Assembly: GCA_965243025.1 (NCBI GenBank)
Contig: CBDETY010000003.1
Location: forward strand, 4,032,001-4,096,000
Direction of reading: 5' to 3'
DNA: 64,000 nt
Source: Candidatus Latescibacterota bacterium
GTDB lineage: Bacteria > Latescibacterota > UBA2968 > UBA8231
A model generated the notes under the pieces. The model did no database searches. It was not told the DNA's origin and was given only the letters and a program-made list of their open reading frames with translations. Position numbers and translations under genes: made by a program. Positions 52,891 through 62,647 of this stretch are shown one piece after another (the stretch's first letter is position 1; every line of letters starts with the position of its first letter).

Positions 52891-54101
52891 TCACCTCTTT
52901 GCCTTGTACCGGCCTCCCATCTTGCTGGGCTGAATCAATCCATATGCCAGTGCGTTGACGTAAAGTTGGTTGGAATAACAGGGAGCATTCGAAATAAATC
53001 TCGGTACCCCTGAAATCGCTATCAATCGACCATCCAATTGCAAGCCAGCAAGGGGCGAAACCCCGGGACAGATTGAAGAACGGTCTCTGTATTCAGTAAT
53101 ATCGAAATAGGAGTGGAACAGGGGATGTCCCAATTCAACGGATACCATCTCAACCCGCGTACCAACCCTGCGCTCCAACTCCTGCTGAAGGTGTGAATAC
53201 TGCCCTCCTTTCAGAATGACGAACCCGCCTTCCCTCAGGTAACCCACCATAACATCGGTGGATCCCACATCGATGTGCTCCATATGCAGAAGGGGATACT
53301 TGCGAATGACCTGAAAGGGCAGCTTTCTCCGTTCGAAAAACAGGGGAAATCCATGGATGGGGTCGGGCACGGGTTCCCCTTTGAGGGGGATCCACTTCTT
53401 TGCCGCAGGCCCAGATGGTACCAATGGATCCGGTTCTCAAAAGGAGGCCAGGAGGGCAACAACTTTCCCCGCTCGATCATATCCAAGGCCTCTGCCAATT
53501 CCCTGCCACCACTCCCCCTGTAGCAAGGAATGTGCAGATATGCCTTCTTCAGTTTTCCGGTGACCGGATCGATCAGGACGACTGTTCGCTCCCGGGCTTC
53601 CGCAGCCAGCCCTACCAGGTCCAGGGCAACAGGCAACTCGGTCACATGCTCGAGAAGGCTCAGGCGCGCATCCAGCGTATCTCCTTCGCCTGCACTTCGC
53701 CTCCACTCCTTTTTCGCAAGTATGATTCCCTCGTCCAGCTGGGGGATTTCCAATTCAGGCAGAGGGGCCACTTCGTCCCTCCCCGGATCCATTTCCAGGT
53801 CGGACAGATCCTGCTCCGCGCGCAAGCGCTCAAGCAACTGATGCGGCACGGGAATCGGAGGACGAGGTTTCAGGCGTTCGATCTCCATCTTGCGAACAGG
53901 CACCCGGACCCTGAAAACCCGTTTCTCGAATTCCTCGGGAATCAGTAAATAAGCCAACCAGACCCCCAGTCCGTGCAGCAAGGTAGATGCCAGGAGAGCA
54001 ATGGTTGCCCGTCGATGTCCTGCGGACCTTGTCACCTTGGTAAGCGAACCCCGCGCTCTCGGGGATCCAATGTTTTGTTTACCTGAGATCAGGCAGCCCA
54101 A
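52891..54101 (-). pseudogene. Membrane-anchored DUF4159-like protein, frameshifted near 53400-53425
   Basis: N-half with TM helix (ALLASTLLHGLGVW); C-half YLREGGF, HPLFHSYFDI, GLQLDGRL, VNALAYGL in another frame. Confidence 0.6.
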
Positions 54102-54126
54102 AAACTACCCGGAAGCCTTCAGGCCC

Positions 54127-54573
54127 TCACTTCCCCAAGTTGGCCAGCCTCTCGTTCAGCTCCCAGAGGGCCACCCGATTGCTGTCCCATGTAAGGAGGG
54201 ACACGGCTTTGTCGTAAGGCACCCACCTGACCTCGTCGTGTTCGAAGGACAGTACCAACTCCCGGTCCCCTACATCGACGGCGAACGAATGCTCGGGCAC
54301 AACGAACAGATCTTCCGGCCAGTGTTCGGTCCCCGAAAATGCTGTCCTTGGAACCGAAGCAACCGAATCCAGCTGAACGAACGCCAAGTCACCCGGTATG
54401 GACGCCTCTTCTTCCGCCTCCCGCCGGGCAGCCTGCATTGCGTCTTCCTGGTCCTCAACGCCGCCGGCGATGAACTGCCACATCTCCTCGTCCGAACGGT
54501 GAAACACCGCAAATTCGGGGTCAGATCCCATGCGGAATGGAATCACCAGCACTTGAAGCGGTTTTCTCGGCAT
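54127..54573 (-). CDS. NUDIX pyrophosphatase (NudB-like)
   Basis: WQFIAGGVEDQEDAMQAARREAEEEA, LSFEHDEVRW, WDSN. Confidence 0.88.
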   Translation of the reverse strand: MPRKPLQVLVIPFRMGSDPEFAVFHRSDEEMWQFIAGGVEDQEDAMQAARREAEEEASIPGDLAFVQLDSVASVPRTAFSGTEHWPEDLFVVPEHSFAVDVGDRELVLSFEHDEVRWVPYDKAVSLLTWDSNRVALWELNERLANLGK

Positions 54574-54592
54574 ATTCCTCGTTTCCCCGCGT

Positions 54593-55375
54593 TCACGCCA
54601 TCTCCGCCACCATCCACTGCATGGGGCGCCGCCGCATGACCCGGCTGAACGGGAGGTTCCCCGGTTCTGCGAGGAAGCAGAGAATCTCACCCGACGTGGA
54701 TGGCCGCATCACTGCCACATGGAGGCCGTCGGCCCAGGTGCACGGCCATTTCGGGGCGCCTATCGCAACGAGGTCGCAGTTGGACTGCACATGGCCGTCG
54801 CGGATGAGCGGCTGCATTGTCGTAACAAACGAGATGTGCGCTGGCCCGTCAGTGGTATCCCCGGCCAAACCGAACAGTTGCCGGACTCCTGCCTGGACGG
54901 AGTGCCCCAGCCGGACATGCTCTTTCAGTTCCTCCAGATCGCCGCGTACGGGATTGCCGTCGGCATCGTGTTCGTAGACCGTTCGCCAGCGGTCGCAGAC
55001 AAACCACCGGTATATCCCGTACGGATAGGCCTGGCTCTCATCCAGGCGCACATCGCCCGGCATCCACTTCACGTGTGAAAAGCTCCCGGACTCGTCGTAT
55101 TTGAAGATGCTGATGTATGGCTGCTCTATGTCCTTGCCGCGGTGCACATAGCTGTGGTGGTGGCTCATGAGTCCTGCGAACGCGCCATCCTCACCGGCAT
55201 AAGTCTGCTGGAAATACAGGGTTTCCTCGTACAGGTCCGTGGTCATGTAAAGCCGGAGATCCGCGCCACGGCGTACCGCTGCCGCCAACCCGGAAACCGA
55301 ACCATGGGACGGGGTCAGGTCCGTCTGCTGTTCAAGGGCAAGCGTCCAGCAGTGACCCATAAGTGCGCCCTCCAT
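54593..55375 (-). CDS. Hypothetical protein
   Basis: 260 aa ORF co-oriented with its neighbours; no recognisable motif. Confidence 0.65.
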   Translation of the reverse strand: MEGALMGHCWTLALEQQTDLTPSHGSVSGLAAAVRRGADLRLYMTTDLYEETLYFQQTYAGEDGAFAGLMSHHHSYVHRGKDIEQPYISIFKYDESGSFSHVKWMPGDVRLDESQAYPYGIYRWFVCDRWRTVYEHDADGNPVRGDLEELKEHVRLGHSVQAGVRQLFGLAGDTTDGPAHISFVTTMQPLIRDGHVQSNCDLVAIGAPKWPCTWADGLHVAVMRPSTSGEILCFLAEPGNLPFSRVMRRRPMQWMVAEMA

Positions 55376-55448
55376 TCGCGGCGGCGTGCCTGACTATACC
55401 AGGCCCATGCGGTATGTACACGTCTATCGGGGATATTCCGAAACAATG

Positions 55449-56003
55449 TCAAACGCTGGTCTTGGCCCAACGAGTGCTCGAGTTGTTTTCGACCGTGTCT
55501 TTCTGACACAGGTCGTGAGCGACAGCGTTCCATCGTCTGAATGCGCATTCCCCGCCGGTCTCCAGCGTGAAATGCACGAACACCGGGCCACGCAGCTTTT
55601 CCAGGCAACTTCTGGCCTGTTCAACTCCTTCACGCAGCGGGGGATGGTGCACCCGGCGCCAGCCATTGATGTAGTATGCCGTCCACAGATAGTCGGACAC
55701 TATCGTGATGCTCTCACCCGGCCGGCAATTCTCCAGACCCAGCAGGACACCGTCCAGTTCGGCAACCGCGCTGTTCGACCGTGATCCGCGCCGCCCCGCT
55801 ATCCGGTGCTCTTCGATTCCCGGACGCACAACGACAGCGGAAAACCTCCCGTCTCCGCCTCCATCCGTGAAGACCCAGGTTCGGCCCGAATCCGTTGACC
55901 ATTTCCGGCGCAGGGTGATCGGCCAGATTTCACGTTCGCGGTTGAAGGTGGCCAACCGGGTTGTCTGCACCCTGAGCGGGAATCTGTGGTCGGCCTGTCT
56001 CAC
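55449..56003 (-). CDS. RNase H-like protein
   Basis: VFTDGG, NSAVAELDG, IVSDY, WNAVAHDL match RNase HI motif spacing. Confidence 0.7.
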   Translation of the reverse strand: MRQADHRFPLRVQTTRLATFNREREIWPITLRRKWSTDSGRTWVFTDGGGDGRFSAVVVRPGIEEHRIAGRRGSRSNSAVAELDGVLLGLENCRPGESITIVSDYLWTAYYINGWRRVHHPPLREGVEQARSCLEKLRGPVFVHFTLETGGECAFRRWNAVAHDLCQKDTVENNSSTRWAKTSV

Positions 56004-56099
56004 GTTGGGAAGCTTCAGGACTGGCGCTTACGTTTCGGGTTTTGAACCTGCCAAGCGCACTCAGGACAGGATGGCGGCATCGATGCCCAGTGCAGCGCC

Positions 56100-57461
56100 C
56101 TACGGCATTGCAGCTATCTCGGACACCTCGAACGCAACCTCGGAATCGTGCGCGTACAGCAGCACCCGGTCGCCGCACTGTTCCGGACAACGATCGATGA
56201 GCGTCCTGCGGCCGTCGATGCAAACGTCAACGATGTCGTCCCTGAGAACTACCTCCAGGGAGAAGGGGCGGTCCAGCCCATCGACCCCAAAAATCCACTG
56301 ATCGTTCAGGCTGGCGACCCGGTCACAGGGTGAGAAGCGCAGGTCGTACCCGGAGTCGAACGTCTCACCCGCCCTGAGACGAAGCCCGAAATCATGGGAG
56401 GCGGCCCGAGGAAGAACGCGGATTGCCAGCCGCGCGTTGTGCGGAATGCCTGGGCACCTGGCCGCTGCCAGGCCTTGCCGGGCTGCCGCGTGGACCCTGC
56501 GTCCCTCAACTCTCGTATCGGCATCGAGCGCGGACAGTTTCAGAGCGGACAACGGCTCACCGCCGGGGGTCAACTCGCCCGGAAACTTCGCACCAAGGGT
56601 GCCGTCGTCATGTTGGATCAGTTCCCGGAAAACGGCGTTGCCTCCCCACTGGAACGGTCCATCGTCCCGGTTGTTCTCGCGTGTGCCGATCCAGGCAACG
56701 CCAAGGCGTCTGCCTTCCCCGAACGGCGCTGTCTTCATTACCCGTGCCGCATCTCCGTCAATGGCGTCGACCTGCGGCCGAAGCCAGGGTCCGAACGGCT
56801 CTCGCGACATTCTGTAGCGGGCGACGCCGCGGTTGCTGAAAAGGAGATAGTACCAACCGTTCCAGAAGAAATAGTCCGGACATTCGGGCGCCCCCGGCAG
56901 ACCCGGGACGATGAACGGCTTCCTGTTCTCCCAGTGTTTCAAGTCGGGTGAGACCAGGTGGGCAAGGCACCCGCCGCGATCGATGATGGGCCAGTCTTCC
57001 AGCCACGCGGTAACGAGCATGTGGAACAGCCCCTCACTGCGATCCTGGAAGACGAACGGGTCACGGTAATGGACCGGGTCGTAGCCGGGAGGCGGCGAAG
57101 CGAAGGGGTTGGGTTCGGCCTTCTCGAAGCGGACGCCGTCGTGACTGGCGGCAAGACCCAGGTGCTGCGTCCGGTCGCGCATTCGCGTCGCGTAGAATCC
57201 GTAGTATGTCCCCTCGTGGAAGAACACCGAACCGGTGCAGATGGAACCTTCACGTTCCTCGGTGATCGGGATGGCGAGCGGATGGTGGTCCCAGTGAACG
57301 AGGTCCGTCGTGCTGGCCTGTGCCCACTGATGGCCTCCCAACCCGCCGAGCGCCCCGTGGTGGCCTTCGTCCAGAAGGTAGAAGAGCCGGAAGACACCAT
57401 CGTGGCAGAAGGGCATGCAGTCGCCGACGAAGAAGTCGCCGTCAGGTGTGAAGTATTGCAT
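56100..57461 (-). CDS. Glycoside hydrolase family 32-like (five-bladed propeller)
   Basis: GDCMPF, TGSV, YRDP, ECPD. Confidence 0.85.
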   Translation of the reverse strand: MQYFTPDGDFFVGDCMPFCHDGVFRLFYLLDEGHHGALGGLGGHQWAQASTTDLVHWDHHPLAIPITEEREGSICTGSVFFHEGTYYGFYATRMRDRTQHLGLAASHDGVRFEKAEPNPFASPPPGYDPVHYRDPFVFQDRSEGLFHMLVTAWLEDWPIIDRGGCLAHLVSPDLKHWENRKPFIVPGLPGAPECPDYFFWNGWYYLLFSNRGVARYRMSREPFGPWLRPQVDAIDGDAARVMKTAPFGEGRRLGVAWIGTRENNRDDGPFQWGGNAVFRELIQHDDGTLGAKFPGELTPGGEPLSALKLSALDADTRVEGRRVHAAARQGLAAARCPGIPHNARLAIRVLPRAASHDFGLRLRAGETFDSGYDLRFSPCDRVASLNDQWIFGVDGLDRPFSLEVVLRDDIVDVCIDGRRTLIDRCPEQCGDRVLLYAHDSEVAFEVSEIAAMP

Positions 57462-57579
57462 GGTTCTTGTCCATCCATCAGGAGGACCGGCCCAGCGTAA
57501 AACGACGGAGAGCTAACCCTTGCCCGCAAAACCGTGGTTTTCAGGGCGAGGTCCGCGCCAGGTCCGTATTGTTGCTCCC

Positions 57580-57921
57580 TCAGTCCCCGCCAATACCGAT
57601 GTGGTTCCCATCCGGATCATGGAGGACGAAGTCGGTCATTTCGAATTTTTCGCGAAAGGCGATGTCATCTGCGAATTCAACACCTCTTGCGGACAACTCC
57701 TCATGGATTCCCCTGACATCATCTACCCAGATGTAGCAGCTTCCTGTCCCGGCCGGCCGTCGCTGCGAAGCAAGCTGCAAGCCTATTCTGACGGCGCCGC
57801 GTCGAACCAGGGCAAAAACGGGGTGATTCTGGAAACCGACACTGAACGCCAGCTTGTCCCGATAGAACCCGACAGCTTTCTCCACATCCGATACCGGAAG
57901 TGTGGGCGCAATCTCTTTCAT
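57580..57921 (-). CDS. VOC/glyoxalase-bleomycin resistance family protein
   Basis: VSDVEKAVGFYRDKLAF...F.LHDPDGN. Confidence 0.88.
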   Translation of the reverse strand: MKEIAPTLPVSDVEKAVGFYRDKLAFSVGFQNHPVFALVRRGAVRIGLQLASQRRPAGTGSCYIWVDDVRGIHEELSARGVEFADDIAFREKFEMTDFVLHDPDGNHIGIGGD

Positions 57922-58000
57922 TCTGGAACCCCTTGTGAACGTTGGGTTTTGCAGCTACACGGTGATGGACAGCTTCTCCGTTGGTCATGGAGTCAAAACC

Positions 58001-58756
58001 CTACCCTGTCCTCAGAAGCTTCCTGGCGGATTCAGGCCAGTCTCGCTTGAGCTCGGGGGCTATCGGAAATCGCTCGTGCGCATGAGGGAACACCCGCACG
58101 TAGCAAATGTCGAGCATCGGACGAATGGTGTCGCTTCTGTTCGGCGTACGAGCGTGCCACAGCCGCATGTCACGCAACAGCAGGGAGCCCATGGGCATGG
58201 TCGCCTGCAACGATGGAAGGTGTCTCCCCCGCTCTCCGAGATGCCTTACATCCGATGGAGGGTTGTCCAGGATAAGGTGTGAACCGGGCCAGATCCTGGT
58301 GGCTCCATTTTCCAGGCTGAAATCGATCAACGGAATGTCAACGTACACACCTGAGACTGGAAGAACGCACGACAGTTCGGGAAACAGGTGGTCTCCATCT
58401 CGGTGAGGGTCGCGTTCAGCTTGTTCACCGGCGCTGTCCGGTGGAGAGGCGTGAATCAATACCAGAGCCAAAGCGGTCTTCTTGCCCATCGCGGCTTCCA
58501 GCACCTGAAGAGCGAAGGGGTTGGCGAGAAGCTCATGCCGGAGAAATGGCATTTCCATGGGCGACCGGATCTCCCGGCCCCTGCCATTCTCGATTGCCTC
58601 GAAAAAGGCGGATTGCACTTCCTCGACAATCTCGAGAGGCACGGCGTTCTCGAGGATGACGACGCCAGCTTCGCGCAGATGCCGGAGAGCGAGTTTCCCG
58701 GTCGATTCACACATGCTTTCCGAAACTCGCTCCTGATCAGTGATCTTGATGCGCAT
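58001..58756 (-). CDS. PhyH-family dioxygenase
   Basis: HRDGDHLF, ENGATRIWPGSH, RDMRLWH, PNRS..RP. Confidence 0.87.
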   Translation of the reverse strand: MRIKITDQERVSESMCESTGKLALRHLREAGVVILENAVPLEIVEEVQSAFFEAIENGRGREIRSPMEMPFLRHELLANPFALQVLEAAMGKKTALALVLIHASPPDSAGEQAERDPHRDGDHLFPELSCVLPVSGVYVDIPLIDFSLENGATRIWPGSHLILDNPPSDVRHLGERGRHLPSLQATMPMGSLLLRDMRLWHARTPNRSDTIRPMLDICYVRVFPHAHERFPIAPELKRDWPESARKLLRTG

Positions 58757-59534
58757 CTTCAAACATCCTGAGAGTATGTCCCTGGTCAGTAATTCCAGGT
58801 AACGATGTTCTGCAGAATTCGCCGACTGCCTTCAGCTCTCCAACGATTGGCATGCTGTTTCGAAGCCTCTCCTCGGCATTCAGAAACACCTCGGGGAGGT
58901 CATTTCGGACAACCTCGCGTGTTCCGTTGTCCCCCTCCACCCTGAACCCCTGGAGACTCAGTAATCCGGGATCCACCTCCGAACAGATCAATAACTCATG
59001 ATGTCCCTGCATCGGGAGCAGATGATCCAGGCGAATCTTCAAGTTGTCGCGAAATGAAAGGCTGGTCGCCCAGTATGCTTCGGACGAAACCGGTTCCATC
59101 TTTTCCCTGAAGTAGGCTTTTCTCTCCTCCGTATCGAAGTACCCTGCCTCCTCCGGGCAGTACACCATATCTGAAAACTGGACGCAGGCTGTCCAGGTCC
59201 GTTCAGTGATATGGTCTGTGGCCTCAATGCCGAGGGTCACGCCATTGACTTTGCCATTCACAATTCCGCCAGAGCCTCCTTGCCTGGCGCGGTTCATGAA
59301 ACCGAAAATGCACCGTCTCGGATCCACCCAGTCTGGAATGGATTTGGGCCGGTACCGGTAGTGAGAATTGTAGATGGTTTCATGACCATCTCTTGCCCTG
59401 CTGAATTTGGGAATGAGCCCTTTCTGGAAAATACGGGCGAGGTTTTCAAGCTGACTTCCGTGGTAGATCAACCCGGTTTCATCAAAGTCAGGCAGAAGCC
59501 AGTTCATTTCTTCCCATGTCATGACACCCGGCAT
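58737..59534 (-). CDS. Hypothetical protein, possible ADP-ribosyltransferase (Tpt1/DarT-like) fold
   Basis: GGAGG RBS; IYHGS..NL..IFQKGLIP near the N-terminus and HELLI...VDP late. Confidence 0.5.
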   Translation of the reverse strand: MPGVMTWEEMNWLLPDFDETGLIYHGSQLENLARIFQKGLIPKFSRARDGHETIYNSHYRYRPKSIPDWVDPRRCIFGFMNRARQGGSGGIVNGKVNGVTLGIEATDHITERTWTACVQFSDMVYCPEEAGYFDTEERKAYFREKMEPVSSEAYWATSLSFRDNLKIRLDHLLPMQGHHELLICSEVDPGLLSLQGFRVEGDNGTREVVRNDLPEVFLNAEERLRNSMPIVGELKAVGEFCRTSLPGITDQGHTLRMFEDAHQDH

Positions 59535-59556
59535 ATGGTCGCCTCCCTCACCGAAG

Positions 59557-60444
59557 TCACAGGAATCTGTCGAGGACTGCCCGCAGCCGGTCGTGAGGAA
59601 CGCCCCCTTGACCTTCCACCATCGCCAGGTAGAACGGCAGGCGCCATAATTCGCGCCGCTCGGTAAAACCTTCATCGATCGGCAGCACGCCGGTGTATGC
59701 GGAAAACAACCCCTCTGGCACGGGCTGAAAATAATCGACGAAGGCCAGGTCCAGCTCGGGGTGGCCGAAATGGACATTCGGGTCTACGAAAACAGGCCCC
59801 TGGCGGGTACTGAGGATGTTGTTCTGGTGTGCGTCTCCGTGCAAAAGGGAGGGGTCGACAGAAGGACCCCGGATTGAATCGAGGCGATCCCTCAGCCGCC
59901 CGACTTCCTTCGCAAGATCAACTGTCAGGTGTCCTTTATCCAGGCCGTACGCAATCTTCGGTTCGATCCAACGTTCCCAGAAGAAGGTATCCCAACTGTC
60001 GAGCGGTCGATTGTCCTGCCGGAAATCGCCCCAGTAGCTATCCCCGTCGAAACCGAATCGGCGCCCTTTCACAGAGTGGATTCGGGCCAGGGACCGCCCC
60101 GCTTCCTCCCACCCTTTCTCCGAGCGTTCGATGACATCTACAGCTTTCAGCACCAACAGCCTTCCATGGGGTATCGTCAGGCAGTCGACGACCTCGGGAG
60201 TCAGGACACCGGCCATTTCAGAAATTGCCGACAACCCTGCAGCTTCGCAGCGGAACAGCTCGGCGGCGCAAGGGCCAACTCCGAGTTTTGCAAAGACTCC
60301 GAACTCTCCGTCCGACAGGACGGCGGCTGGGTGAGAAGACCTCCCGGCCTGGTCCTGAACCTCGCTGACGTGCCACTCCCTGCCCAGATAGCGGCTGACG
60401 CTGGCTTCGATCAGGGCTCGATGATCGAGTAGCCTTCTCTGCAT
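59557..60444 (-). CDS. Fructosamine-3-kinase family protein
   Basis: FAK, EAAGL, FGF, SLLHGD, FVDP..HFGHPELDLA, ERRELW. Confidence 0.87.
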   Translation of the reverse strand: MQRRLLDHRALIEASVSRYLGREWHVSEVQDQAGRSSHPAAVLSDGEFGVFAKLGVGPCAAELFRCEAAGLSAISEMAGVLTPEVVDCLTIPHGRLLVLKAVDVIERSEKGWEEAGRSLARIHSVKGRRFGFDGDSYWGDFRQDNRPLDSWDTFFWERWIEPKIAYGLDKGHLTVDLAKEVGRLRDRLDSIRGPSVDPSLLHGDAHQNNILSTRQGPVFVDPNVHFGHPELDLAFVDYFQPVPEGLFSAYTGVLPIDEGFTERRELWRLPFYLAMVEGQGGVPHDRLRAVLDRFL

Positions 60445-60612
60445 GCTGTTGTCAGCCGGGCAGGCATCGTGGTTCCCAGGCCTGGCCTCATGCCCTCAAT
60501 GATTGCAGGAACTCTGACTCGCGGGCAAGATGTTCCCTCCAACCCCAGGTCATGATGCGAATTATCTTCAGGATCTTCGAGCATGACCTGGCCTGTTGTC
60601 ATCTTGCCGGTC

Positions 60613-61446
60613 TCACTCGACTGGATGCTCGGAGAGCTCCTCGATCACACCCGAGAGATAGCTGTTTGTGTGGGGGGCGTCCGAGTCGTAAAGCCAGCTG
60701 TTCTTCTCAAATCCGTACTGCTTAAAGTCCTGGCGATACAATTCATAAACGGAATCCGCGAGTTCCCGGTCATAGGCGAGAGGATGGTGCACGGGGAGCG
60801 TCACATTTCGCCTGACGGAAACCCTCCTGGTGACCTCCTGCGGTGCGTTGAAACGCTGGAGAATCCCCCGAAATTCGTCGACGAAGTAGAAAAACCATTT
60901 TATGGAATCATAGTTGATGAGGTCGTGCGCCAGGATTTTGGACTGCAGATTGAAATGACCATCGCCACCGACTCGATCCCAATGGGAAACCAGGTAGCGC
61001 ACGAAGTCTCTGAACGCGGGAATTGCCTTCCAGCCCTGGGGATGGATCGGGTAGTCGTATGCCGCCTTGATTTCCTCCTGTAACCAGCCGTATTCGTCTC
61101 CCCAGATCCCGACTTTGGACTTGTAGGCCGACAGGAGACGGTCATAGGGATTTCTGACAAACGCAAAGCGGAACCATTCCGGGGAGGTCAGCATCTCCAC
61201 GTTCTCATCCACGGTGAAGTCACTCAGGTGCAGGCCTCGATCGTGAATGTCTCCGAGATCCTCGGGATCTGGCTTGCCTTCCAACTGGTTCAACAGAAGT
61301 TTGATGGTCGAGCAAGCCACCTTCGGTACAGTCATGCAGATATACTTGTGCTTGACAGACACCCACGAGTGATACGAAAAGCTCTGGTGGAGGTCGGTCT
61401 CACGTGCTTCTGAAATTTGGGCTGCCAGTGCTTCAGTGTCAGTCAT
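60613..61446 (-). CDS. Sulfotransferase family 2 protein
   Basis: VPKVACSTIK (5'-PSB), FVRNPYDRLLSAY (3'-PB), YRQDF..YGF. Confidence 0.88.
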   Translation of the reverse strand: MTDTEALAAQISEARETDLHQSFSYHSWVSVKHKYICMTVPKVACSTIKLLLNQLEGKPDPEDLGDIHDRGLHLSDFTVDENVEMLTSPEWFRFAFVRNPYDRLLSAYKSKVGIWGDEYGWLQEEIKAAYDYPIHPQGWKAIPAFRDFVRYLVSHWDRVGGDGHFNLQSKILAHDLINYDSIKWFFYFVDEFRGILQRFNAPQEVTRRVSVRRNVTLPVHHPLAYDRELADSVYELYRQDFKQYGFEKNSWLYDSDAPHTNSYLSGVIEELSEHPVE

Positions 61447-61509
61447 TCCGGCACCATGGGGATACGATAGACTTGGAAACCACCGCTCTGCGTGGGTATA
61501 TCTCTATCT

Positions 61510-61539
61510 ATTCTGAGAGACGCGCCGAAACATTGTCAA
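61510..61539 (-). promoter_or_regulatory. Sigma70-type promoter upstream of the sulfotransferase
   Basis: Minus strand TTGACA, 18 bp spacer, CAGAAT. Confidence 0.45.
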
Positions 61540-61715
61540 CCAAATTTTCCCAAGTTGCCTTGACCTCCTCACAACTCACGATCCCGCACATGCGGGTTGG
61601 CGCAGCCCGGAGGCCAAGCGACGGGGGACGAATCGGGAGATATACGATATGGGATTCCGGCTGTTCAGCCGTCCTCCGTGGTGGTGCAGATGAAAGGTTG
61701 ATACCTGGAGTTTGG

Positions 61716-62624
61716 TTAGCCAAGGGTGATCCTCAATACTGGACACTTCCGGCGAGCTCCGCGGGGAAGGGTTCCGATGGCATCGACTTTCGTTCCCATC
61801 TGTTCGAACTGCCTGCGAATCTCATCGCACATGTCCATGGAAATCAGCAGTATCAGCCGTCCGGTGTTCTTCAAGACCCGTAACAGCTCAGGCAACGAGT
61901 CCATGACCGCCTGACGGCAGGAGTTCCGAAAGGGAGGTTCCGTTACGATCAGATCGAAATGGCCGCTCGGTGCTGGCAGGTTTCTGGCATCGGCAAGGAC
62001 GTACGATTTCGGGAAGTTCACGGAGAGGCCGGGAAACAGGCTGTCATCGATATCGGACACGATGACCGTGAGTCCACGACGTCTCCCCTCGAGAGCAAGC
62101 CCGCCAAACCCGGCAAACGGATCCAGGACGACATCCGATGGCTTTGGATCAGCGACGTTGAAAAGAAACCGGGCATCCAGGGCAGACACGGCTCGATGCC
62201 AGTTGTGTCCTGACACGACCCGCCTGTCTCCATTCTGAAAGATCTCGAACTGCCGGTTGCTCGGGGCATACGCCAGCAGCGCCTCCTTGTCCTGAACGTA
62301 AACTTCTGTCTGATGCACCTTGTAGTCACCAATCCGAATCCAGCCAAGAAGCCACCGTCCGCTCGGAACGGCAGAGATCTCCCCTCCACGAAAGGGTTCG
62401 AAATGCTGGCCGAGGATTGCTTCAGTAAACCCGAGGTCGCTTGCCAGTGCCGCCACCCGATCGGGAATGAGCGGAAGCTGGATCGACATCCGATGCCGCG
62501 ACGGCCGGTCCTTCTTCAGTTCGAGACCAAACCGTTGGTAGACAGCCAGGAATTCCGTCTTCGCCAACTCATACGGAATGCCGATTCCTCCACGGCTGGT
62601 CCGGAAGTAAATCTCGTACCGCAT
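61716..62624 (-). CDS. Trm11/UPF0020-like amino-methyltransferase
   Basis: VLDPFAGFG, SDID, DARNLP, IVTEPPF. Confidence 0.75.
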   Translation of the reverse strand: MRYEIYFRTSRGGIGIPYELAKTEFLAVYQRFGLELKKDRPSRHRMSIQLPLIPDRVAALASDLGFTEAILGQHFEPFRGGEISAVPSGRWLLGWIRIGDYKVHQTEVYVQDKEALLAYAPSNRQFEIFQNGDRRVVSGHNWHRAVSALDARFLFNVADPKPSDVVLDPFAGFGGLALEGRRRGLTVIVSDIDDSLFPGLSVNFPKSYVLADARNLPAPSGHFDLIVTEPPFRNSCRQAVMDSLPELLRVLKNTGRLILLISMDMCDEIRRQFEQMGTKVDAIGTLPRGARRKCPVLRITLG

Positions 62625-62647
62625 CTCGCCTCAGACCCGGACAGGCG

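Noticed and set aside
55449-56003. RNase H as part of a retron or retroelement
   Set aside because: No reverse transcriptase in the window
61560-61722. Possible attC starting GGCTAAC at the methyltransferase stop
   Set aside because: No matching GTTRRRY box or L-box hairpin; not repeated in other spacers
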